Both the position numbers and the translations under genes were made by a program. Under the pieces are notes generated by a model. The model was not told the DNA's origin, searched no databases, and was given only the letters and a program-made list of their open reading frames with translations. This document shows positions 1 through 7,036 of a stretch of DNA of 64,000 bases, piece after piece. Source of the stretch: Bacteroidota bacterium (GTDB lineage Bacteria; Bacteroidota; Bacteroidia; Cytophagales; Cyclobacteriaceae); assembly GCA_039199635.1 (NCBI GenBank), contig JBCCSU010000001.1, forward strand, positions 72 to 64,071. Direction: 5' to 3'. The first letter of the stretch is position 1. Every line of letters starts with the position of its first letter.

Positions 1-50
1 TGATCCGCATACAGTCTGGTATTATTGAAAAATAAAAGATTGCAGAAATC

Positions 51-422
51 ATGGAAATAAAACCAATAAGATCGGAAAAAGAATACAAAGCAGCTTTGCA
101 ACAGCTCGATAAAGTATTTTCAGCTCCCGAGGGCACACCGGAGTATGATCAGGCTGAAACACTTGAGATCCTCATTGAGAAGTATGAAAACGAAAATTAT
201 AAAATTGAGGCCCCTGATCCCATTGAAGCCATCAAGTACCTTATTGCCGAAGGGTATACCAGTCAGAAACAATTGAGTGAGGTACTGGGTGATAAGTCAA
301 AGGCCTCTTTGGTTCTGAGTAAAAAGCGTGCTTTAAGTTTAAACATGATAAGACGTATCCATAAGGAGTTACGGATCCCACTCGATCTGCTTATTCAGGA
401 ATACCGGCTGAGTACTACCTAA
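51..422 (+). CDS. higA: HigA-like antitoxin / XRE-HTH transcriptional regulator
   Basis: MEIKPIRSEKEYKAAL...LIEKYENENY...PDPIEAIK followed by a C-terminal HTH (QKQLSEVLGDKSKASLVLSKKRALSLNMIRRIH), typical of the HigA family; no toxin gene is visible in the window. Confidence 0.8.
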   Translation: MEIKPIRSEKEYKAALQQLDKVFSAPEGTPEYDQAETLEILIEKYENENYKIEAPDPIEAIKYLIAEGYTSQKQLSEVLGDKSKASLVLSKKRALSLNMIRRIHKELRIPLDLLIQEYRLSTT

Positions 423-430
423 GCCACCGT

Positions 431-1729
431 TCAACCTGGTGAGCTCATCTTTAACAACCGAAAAGAAAGAAAAAAGATGATCGCCAGGATCCCGGCCGTC
501 AAAAAGAAGGTAGCTGAGTTCAAAGTCTCATACAAATAGCCTCCCAGAATAAGCCCGATGATACTGGCCAGGCTACCCGAACTGTTGGCCACACCCTGGA
601 CAGACCCCTGCTGCTTTTCTCCCCCCAACTTTGACAATAGGGAAAGAAATGAAGGCCACATGAGCCCGTTACCCAGCGCGAAAAGGAAGGCTCCGGCATA
701 GATCAAGGCTTCATTGCCTGTGGCCATTAGACAAAAGTTAGCGACTAACGAAAAACTGCCGAAGACCACAAGGCTGGCATCAGAAAACTTTTTAGACAGG
801 TAGCCAAGCAAAGGCCCTTGCACCACGATCATAAGACCACTTAAGAAAGAAAAGAAAATACCAAGCTGCAACGAGTCCCAGGAGAGTTCTTGCAATGCAT
901 GCATGGGAAAAGCGCCATAGAAGAAGCTGAATCCTAAAAAGGTAAGGAAATAGATCAGCAGCATGAACGGCACATTCTTTATTTTGAAAACGCCTTGAAA
1001 AGAAGTGTCTTCACACTTTTTCATTTTGTAGCATTCCTTATGCTCAAAGCTGAAGATCCGTTTAATGCTAAACCGTGCTCCAGGTTCTACCAGATCTGTT
1101 TTTGATTCGGGAAGACGAAACCAAATGAGTCCAACGGCCACAAAGGAAATAAGAATAGCCGCTAATACGGGGATGGTCTCTCCATATTGGGTAGCCCCCA
1201 GAACTCCTGCAAGTGAAGGGCCAATAATAAAACCAAGGCTGGATGACATGGCCATCTTTCCGAAGTTGGCTTTACGGTTCTGGTCGTTGGAAATATCCGA
1301 CAGATACGCATTTGCTACGGACACATTTCCACCCGTTAGTCCGTCAAAAGCCCGGGCAATAAAAAGAAAAACCAGGGGTAGCGTAACGGCAAAAGCGCCA
1401 AACGTCTTGGACTCGATCTCGACCAATGTGTTGATAGGCAGGTATAAAGCCAGCAGGAACACAAACCAGGCCACCAACGTACCGATCTGACTGAGCAACA
1501 GGATCTTTCTTCGGCCAAACGTATCTGACCAACGCCCCAGAATAGGCGCGCCAAAAAACTGAAAAGCCGGGTAGATCGACCCGAGTACGCCATAGATAAA
1601 AGCATTCCCTCCAAACCGGTTGACCAAAAACACCAGGAACGGCATAATAATACTGTACCCCAGCATCCCAATGAAGTTCACCGAGAGCACGGGAAGAAGG
1701 GAGATTGATCTTGCTTTAGAGTTTGCCAA
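431..1729 (-). CDS. MFS transporter, TetA/DHA1-like efflux family
   Basis: About 12 hydrophobic segments, motif A GRWSDTFGRRKILL, motif B ARAFDGLTGG, motif C-like GFIIGPSLAG; TTG start uncertain. Confidence 0.9.
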   Translation of the reverse strand: MANSKARSISLLPVLSVNFIGMLGYSIIMPFLVFLVNRFGGNAFIYGVLGSIYPAFQFFGAPILGRWSDTFGRRKILLLSQIGTLVAWFVFLLALYLPINTLVEIESKTFGAFAVTLPLVFLFIARAFDGLTGGNVSVANAYLSDISNDQNRKANFGKMAMSSSLGFIIGPSLAGVLGATQYGETIPVLAAILISFVAVGLIWFRLPESKTDLVEPGARFSIKRIFSFEHKECYKMKKCEDTSFQGVFKIKNVPFMLLIYFLTFLGFSFFYGAFPMHALQELSWDSLQLGIFFSFLSGLMIVVQGPLLGYLSKKFSDASLVVFGSFSLVANFCLMATGNEALIYAGAFLFALGNGLMWPSFLSLLSKLGGEKQQGSVQGVANSSGSLASIIGLILGGYLYETLNSATFFLTAGILAIIFFLSFRLLKMSSPG

Positions 1730-1781
1730 ATGCCTGAGGATAAAAGAATGAGTGAAGTACGACTGAAATTAAGAAAATAAT

Positions 1782-1789
1782 TACTTTTG
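1782..1789 (+). promoter_or_regulatory. Bacteroidota sigma-A -7 box (TACTTTTG) for the tRNA locus
   Basis: Matches TAnnTTTG, 14 nt before the 5' end (1804) of the interrupted outer tRNA. Confidence 0.6.
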
Positions 1790-1813
1790 GCATCCCATTG
1801 AATGGGATATTAG

Positions 1814-1834
1814 CCTGCCTGGTCGGCAGACAGG
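1814..1834. repeat. 21-nt palindromic insertion CCTGCCTGGTCGGCAGACAGG in the D-stem of the outer tRNA
   Basis: CCTGCCTG/CAGACAGG arms; exact removal restores the tRNA sequence. Confidence 0.8.
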
Positions 1835-1842
1835 CTCAGTTG

Positions 1843-1949
1843 CCTGCCCGCCAGAGTGCATGGAGTGTTAGCTCAGTTGGTTTAGAGCACCGCCTTGACA
1901 GGGCGGGGGTCGTTGGTTCGAATCCAATACACTCCACACGGCAGGCGGG
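1843..1949 (+). mobile_element. 107-nt hairpin element (CCTGCCCGCC...GGCAGGCGGG) carrying a complete tRNA-Val
   Basis: Imperfect terminal inverted arms flank the inner tRNA; exact removal restores G18-G19 of the outer tRNA D-loop; a deleted copy lies at 2088-2135. Confidence 0.65.
1862..1936 (+). tRNA. trnV: tRNA-Val (GAC), intact inner copy
   Basis: Acceptor GGAGTGT/ACACTCC, D-arm GCTC/GAGC, anticodon loop TTGACAG, T-arm GTTGG-TTCGAAT-CCAAT, discriminator A; CCA not encoded. Confidence 0.95.
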
Positions 1950-2087
1950 GTTTAGAGCGCTGCCTTGACAGGGCAGAGGTCACTGGTTCGAATCCAGTAT
2001 ATCCCACAACTCCCTTTATTTTTTTGAGTATTTGTATAGTTTGAAATCGAAGTGCCTTTGGCGCGAGATTCATGAGAGGAGGTGCGG

Positions 2088-2136
2088 CATGCCCGCGGGT
2101 ACGAATAATCCAATACACTCCACACGGCAGGCGGGG
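2088..2136 (+). repeat. Internally deleted copy of the tRNA-carrying element
   Basis: CATGCCCGCG (8/10 to the left arm) + GGTACGAAT (cf. GGTTCGAAT) + 30-bp exact repeat 2107-2136 = 1921-1950. Confidence 0.8.
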
Positions 2137-2137
2137 C

Positions 2138-2338
2138 TTAGTCATTTGCCCGGCCAAGCTTTCCGGTTTTATAATACTTCACTTTAAAATCGGAGACCTC
2201 ATCTTCCAGTTTTTTATTGGCAATTTCCAGCAACTCGTTTTGGGTTTTCATGATCCTGAGTAGGTCATGTACAGCATCCAGGTTTTCCAGTTGTGTGAAT
2301 ACGATCTGCTCTAAATCTGCTTTGGTGTATCTTCTCAT
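2138..2338 (-). CDS. Small coiled-coil hypothetical protein divergent from the XRE gene
   Basis: 66-aa ATG ORF with a heptad pattern (NELLEIANKKLEDEVSDFK). Confidence 0.6.
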   Translation of the reverse strand: MRRYTKADLEQIVFTQLENLDAVHDLLRIMKTQNELLEIANKKLEDEVSDFKVKYYKTGKLGRAND

Positions 2339-2365
2339 AATCTGAGTTTTGATAGTAAATAGAAT

Positions 2366-2480
2366 TCTTTCGATTATCGTAACAAATCTATTGATTTTCT
2401 GCAGAACAATCTAGCATATCTTTAAGCATTCTACAAAAAGATTTAAAAAGACTACATTTATCTTTCGATAATCAATAGAT
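2366..2480. promoter_or_regulatory. Putative operator repeats between the divergent genes
   Basis: TCTTTCGATWATC at 2366-2378 and 2461-2473; exact inverted 11-mer ATCTATTGATT 2386-2396 / AATCAATAGAT 2470-2480. Confidence 0.55.
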
Positions 2481-2484
2481 ATTC

Positions 2485-2694
2485 ATGACTGCATTAGGAC
2501 TTTACCTTACCAAGAAATCAGTTAATAAGGCAATGGTTTCGAGAAGAACTGGTATAAGTGAATCAAGACTGAGCCAATTAAGCTCAAATGAATCAACTCA
2601 ACTTCGAGTTACCGAACTATACCTAATTGCCTTGGCGATAGATGTCGACCCCTGTGAGATTTTGAAAGAAATCTGTATTGACGTGAAGCTTTAA
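2485..2694 (+). CDS. XRE-family HTH transcriptional regulator
   Basis: SVNKAMVSRRTGISESRLSQL...ELYLIALAIDVDPCEIL, Cro/C1 HTH pattern. Confidence 0.85.
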   Translation: MTALGLYLTKKSVNKAMVSRRTGISESRLSQLSSNESTQLRVTELYLIALAIDVDPCEILKEICIDVKL

Positions 2695-2704
2695 TCAGAA
2701 TTAA

Positions 2705-5700
2705 GTGAAATTCATAGATCGACATGATATTGAAAGGTGGGCAGAACGCTATGACTCAAAGGGATATCTACCATATTTGATTTCGAGACTTGTTCGATCT
2801 ACTACTCCATTAGATACATTCGTTGAATTTCCTGACGGCAGTAGCACCTTTATTGGTGGTTGGGATGGCAAAGTGATCTGCAAAAAGTCAACCCCGTACG
2901 TCCCGAAAGGCACCTCACTGTGGGAGTTTGGAACAGAGGCGGGCACTTCCGGTAAAGCTGAGGGAGACGTGGCAAAACGAACAGCGGATACCCTGGGGTA
3001 TGAACCTTCAGAATGTACCCTAGTTGTGGTTACTCCTCGGTTTTTCAAAAAGAAGGATGAAGTTAGACAACAGAAAGTATCCTTGAGTATTTGGAAAGAT
3101 GTTCTTGTCTACGATTCTAGAAATTTGGAAGAATGGTTGGAATTAGCTCCAGCACCTTCGCGTTGGTTTTCAAGCTATATCAACAAATACCCTTCGGATG
3201 GGATTGTTACCATTGAAGAGTTCTGGAAAGAGTGGTCCACAGGACCAAATGGTGTTCTTCCTCCAAAAGTGGTAACGGCTGGTAGAGAGTATGAATCCGA
3301 ACAACTCTTGAAATTTCTGCAAGGAAGTCCTGCAATCTTAGCCGTACAGGCTTCGTCAAAGAATGAGGCCATTGCTTTTATTATAGCAACGGCTATGCAG
3401 TTTGAAAAAAATGCTCAAGAAGCATTTGCATCAAAGACACTTGTTGTAGATACATCCGCAAATTTCAGAAGCATTCGTATAAATCAGTTTGCATTAAATC
3501 TGATCGCAAAATTTGATGACCCTCAAATTTTGTATGCGGGAGTTGCTGATGGCCATCATGTACTAGTCCCGTTAGGAGCAGATGATACCTTTAATCAAGA
3601 TAAGCTGACTTTACCATTAATTGATAGGGATGGGTTAGTTGAGGGTTTGGAATCAATGGGACTATCTAATTCGACAGCTTCCAGTTATTCAAAAGAGAGC
3701 GCTCGAAACATCACTGTACTTAAAAGGCTATTAAACTTTCCTCAGAACCGACTTGATTGGGCTGAACCTGAAAATGCCAAGGAAATTATTCCTGGAATGC
3801 TGATAGGTAGATGGAATGAAAATAACAAGGGAGATATTGAGCTTATTGAAAAACTTGCAAATGAAAGTTATCAGAGTTTTATCAAGAAAGTCTCAAAATG
3901 GAATGAACATGAAACACCTCCATTTATAAGAATAGGTGAAACTTGGCGACTTACTTCGCCTCTTGATGCATGGACTCACCTAGCAGAACACCTGACAGTA
4001 GAAAACCTTAACAATCTCAAAGTCTGTTTTATTGATGGTTTTAAATACGGCAATCCAACGATAGAGCCAGAATCTGATAAAACTGTATTCGCTCAATTTT
4101 TTTCTAAGGAAAAAAAATTCTCAGCATGGGCTCGTGAAGGATTAGTTCAATCATTAATTCTAATTGGATTGTATGGGAAAGGGTTAAAGATTCTGAACTT
4201 AGAGTCTCCCCAAGTATGGGTTGATGATATTATTGGTGAGTTGCTGAATGATGCGGATGGTCAGATGTGGATTTCCCTGGATCATGAAATGCCTCTTATC
4301 TCGGAAGCTTCTCCAAATAGTTTCTTAAATGCCATTTTTAATTCGTTAGGAAAATCTCCTTCTCCTTTATTGGAAATTTTTAAAGAGGATGAAGGCTTTA
4401 TTGCTCCAACCAGCCATCACACAGGTTTGCTGTGGGCTTTGGAAGGATTGGCATGGGATCCTGAATACTTGAACGATTCTGCCATAGCCTTAAGTCAGTT
4501 AGCTCAGATTGATCCGGGCGGCAGTCTTTCCAATAGACCAATTAATAGCCTTGTAGAAATATTCAAACCCTGGCATTATCAGACCTTGGCTAGCTTCGAT
4601 GAACGTATGAAAACTGTCCGTCAAATTGCTAATGAGACTGGAAGTACAGGTTGGACATTACTCCTAAGAATGCTGCCTCAAAGTCGCGGGGTTGGGCATC
4701 CAACCCATAAAATGCGTTGGAGAATGTTTGATCGTAGTTTCGATAATAGTTATACCTACCAAGAAATTTGGGATACTCATTCCGAAGTTGTTAGCATAAT
4801 GATTTCTGTTTTTGATTATTCAGAAAATCAACTTTCGGACATACTCAAGGACATCGATAATCTATCTTTTAAAGACAGGGAAAGTTTACTGTCTTTTTTA
4901 GATTCAGAATTAGACAAAATCAAACAAGTAGAATATACTGCTTGGCATACCCTGAGAAATAGTCTTTCTCATCACAGATCACACCCTGAAACAGATTGGG
5001 CTCTACCTGAAACTGAGTTAAGCAAGCTTCAGATCATTTATGAGCGTTTGATGCCGGAAGACTCCATATCAAAATACAAATGGCTCTTTGACGATCACTG
5101 GCCAAAGTTCCCAGAAGGGAATAGATATGATAAGGAACAGGAAGAGGGTCGACATGATCAAATGCAAAAGAAAATTGATGAAAGAAGAGTTGAAGCACTT
5201 AATGATATCCTTGACGAATATGGATTGAGTAAGGTTATTTCTTTGAGCGAATTCGTCAATGAACCTTGGTCTTTAGGTGAAACCTTGGCTAAAGTTTCAA
5301 GTGATCACATAATGACAGAACTTGTTGGACTCTTAGCTTCATCAAATGATAAGGTTATAAGATTTGTTCAATCATTTATCTATCGAAAATCAGTTCTTAA
5401 TGGTATTGAGTGGGCAATTCAATTCTTTGAAGAGCTTGAAAAGACGAAGATAGATGATGCCGCACTGGCTAGATTTTTTATACCTCTGAATCAAGAGAGA
5501 AAACTCTGGGAATATATCGAAGGACTTTCCGAAGGAGTTAAAACTCATTATTGGCTTCATTTCAACCCTCATTTTTACCGTTTAAGCACAGACGACAAAA
5601 TATACGGAATCAAAGAGCTTTTAAATCACTCTAGATTCATAAGTGCAATTGACATAGTGAGCCATTCAAAAGAGGAAATTCCCTCAAATTTGATTTTAGA

Positions 5701-6493
5701 GGTATTGGAAAAGGCAGCTACCATTGAATCTAAAGAAGAAGCTCATTTACATGGCTATGAAATTGATAATCTCTTTGAGGAAATTGATAAGCGTACTGAT
5801 GTTCAAAAAGGCAAATTGATCAACCTTGAGTGGTTATACCTTTCGATATTGGCATCATATGGTAACAGTCGAAATCCTAGAGTACTACATCAAGAGTTAG
5901 CCGAGAACCCCGATTTCTTTATAGAAGTATTAAAGTGGGTTTATATGCCAAAGGATAAAGAACGAATAGAAGAAGAACGCCAAGGTTTGTCAGATAAGGT
6001 TCTCGGAAATAGGGCTATGCAGGCTTATAAGCTGCTTGACTCATGGAAGACAATTCCAGGAGTAAATAAACAAGGAGAAATAGACAAGGATCACCTTGAG
6101 AATTGGGTTAAAAATGCTAGAGAACTAGCCAAAGAAGCTGACCGTTTGAAAGTAGCGGATATCCATATCGGGAAGGTATTAGCTCAGTACCCAGAAAAAA
6201 GTTCGGAATGGCCTCCTGATGAGATCTGTCAAATAATTGAATCGGTCAATTCGGACAGTATGAAGGGTAATTTTTCTTCAGCTACTCACAACAAAAGAAG
6301 CTTTTCATCAAGAGGCCCATTTGATGGAGGAAATATTGAAAGAGGGCATGCAGAATATTTTAAAAAGCTTGCGAACGGTCATCGAAGGAAACACCCAATT
6401 GTTGCTCGAATTTTAGATGGATTGGTAGATGGGTATTTACGTGAAGCAAAAAGAATGGATGAAGAAGCCGAAAGAAGTAAGCTTGATTATTGA
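2705..6493 (+). CDS. Large protein: N-terminal REase-fold domain, degenerate STAND-like region, alpha-solenoid; candidate antiphage defence
   Basis: N-term GWDG...WEFG...VVVTPR...VYDSRNLEEWL resembles Mrr/Cap4-like PD-(D/E)xK domains; AGREYESEQLLKFL...LAVQASSKNEA resembles a STAND entry with a degenerate P-loop; helical Trp-rich C-terminus; appears AT-richer than its flanks. Confidence 0.6.
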   Translation: MKFIDRHDIERWAERYDSKGYLPYLISRLVRSTTPLDTFVEFPDGSSTFIGGWDGKVICKKSTPYVPKGTSLWEFGTEAGTSGKAEGDVAKRTADTLGYEPSECTLVVVTPRFFKKKDEVRQQKVSLSIWKDVLVYDSRNLEEWLELAPAPSRWFSSYINKYPSDGIVTIEEFWKEWSTGPNGVLPPKVVTAGREYESEQLLKFLQGSPAILAVQASSKNEAIAFIIATAMQFEKNAQEAFASKTLVVDTSANFRSIRINQFALNLIAKFDDPQILYAGVADGHHVLVPLGADDTFNQDKLTLPLIDRDGLVEGLESMGLSNSTASSYSKESARNITVLKRLLNFPQNRLDWAEPENAKEIIPGMLIGRWNENNKGDIELIEKLANESYQSFIKKVSKWNEHETPPFIRIGETWRLTSPLDAWTHLAEHLTVENLNNLKVCFIDGFKYGNPTIEPESDKTVFAQFFSKEKKFSAWAREGLVQSLILIGLYGKGLKILNLESPQVWVDDIIGELLNDADGQMWISLDHEMPLISEASPNSFLNAIFNSLGKSPSPLLEIFKEDEGFIAPTSHHTGLLWALEGLAWDPEYLNDSAIALSQLAQIDPGGSLSNRPINSLVEIFKPWHYQTLASFDERMKTVRQIANETGSTGWTLLLRMLPQSRGVGHPTHKMRWRMFDRSFDNSYTYQEIWDTHSEVVSIMISVFDYSENQLSDILKDIDNLSFKDRESLLSFLDSELDKIKQVEYTAWHTLRNSLSHHRSHPETDWALPETELSKLQIIYERLMPEDSISKYKWLFDDHWPKFPEGNRYDKEQEEGRHDQMQKKIDERRVEALNDILDEYGLSKVISLSEFVNEPWSLGETLAKVSSDHIMTELVGLLASSNDKVIRFVQSFIYRKSVLNGIEWAIQFFEELEKTKIDDAALARFFIPLNQERKLWEYIEGLSEGVKTHYWLHFNPHFYRLSTDDKIYGIKELLNHSRFISAIDIVSHSKEEIPSNLILEVLEKAATIESKEEAHLHGYEIDNLFEEIDKRTDVQKGKLINLEWLYLSILASYGNSRNPRVLHQELAENPDFFIEVLKWVYMPKDKERIEEERQGLSDKVLGNRAMQAYKLLDSWKTIPGVNKQGEIDKDHLENWVKNARELAKEADRLKVADIHIGKVLAQYPEKSSEWPPDEICQIIESVNSDSMKGNFSSATHNKRSFSSRGPFDGGNIERGHAEYFKKLANGHRRKHPIVARILDGLVDGYLREAKRMDEEAERSKLDY

Positions 6494-6601
6494 AGGAGTG
6501 TTTTATTGAAATAATTGATAACTATTCGAGTTATCGCTTTTACCGATAAAAATTAATCTTTATCCGCAAGTTTTTTCCAGTTCCCGCATCTAACCCGCAT
6601 C

Positions 6602-7033
6602 ATGAATATAAAGCGCATTATTTTCACGGTGATGGCACTAGGCTGCCTGACCTGTGCATGGGCCCAGCCCGGAGGTGGCGGCCGAAGGGGAGGAAATTTT
6701 GACCCCAAAGAAATGGTACTCCGCGAGAAGGAGAACGTCATCGCCAAGGTCGATAGCCTGTCGGAAGACCAATTGTTGCTGTTGGACGGCATTTATGAAG
6801 AATATGCCACTTCCTTTGAGGAGCTGCGCGATGAAGCCCGCAGGACGCGGAACTTCCGGGAAATGCGCCCTAAAATGCAGGCCCTTCGCGAAGAAAAAGA
6901 CCTGCTGATCAAAGATGTGCTCAACGAGAACCAGTACGAAACGTACCTCGCCCTTATGGAAAATCAACGCGACCGAAGGCGAAGAGGTGTGCAACAGCGC
7001 AGGGATTCTGTCAACCAGCAGCCGAATAACTAG
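6602..7033 (+). CDS. Secreted helical protein (Spy/CpxP- or DUF4890-like)
   Basis: Signal peptide ending AWA-Q, G/R-rich linker, LSEDQ and LNENQYETY motifs. Confidence 0.65.
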   Translation: MNIKRIIFTVMALGCLTCAWAQPGGGGRRGGNFDPKEMVLREKENVIAKVDSLSEDQLLLLDGIYEEYATSFEELRDEARRTRNFREMRPKMQALREEKDLLIKDVLNENQYETYLALMENQRDRRRRGVQQRRDSVNQQPNN

Positions 7034-7036
7034 CGT

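Larger units (their letters stand above)
1804..2006 (+). pseudogene. Interrupted outer tRNA-Val(GAC); segments 1804-1813, 1835-1842, 1950-2006
   Basis: Joining the three segments gives a 75-nt cloverleaf GGGATATTAG-CTCAGTTG-GTTTAGAGCGCTGCCTTGACAGGGCAGAGGTCACTGGTTCGAATCCAGTATATCCCA; acceptor GGGATAT/ATATCCC, anticodon GAC, T-loop TTCGAAT. Confidence 0.85.

Noticed and set aside
1065-1671. Overlapping alternative ORFs in the MFS gene (and similar antisense ORFs across the window, e.g. 6638-7063, 7313-7738, 29118-29495, 29608-30072, 56451-56876)
   Set aside because: Antisense or off-frame shadows of well-supported genes with no recognisable motifs
1843-1949. Group I intron or archaeal BHB intron in tRNA
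   Set aside because: Too short for a group I core, located in the D-arm, and no clear bulge-helix-bulge motif
1814-2136. CRISPR-like reading of the GGCAGGCGGGG/CCTGCC repeats
   Set aside because: Only 2-3 irregular copies, spacers are tRNA sequence, no cas genes
1882-2263. ORFs 1882-2157(-) and 2072-2263(+) with the repeated peptide KPRLPCGVYWI
   Set aside because: Shadow translations of the tRNAs and the 30-bp duplication
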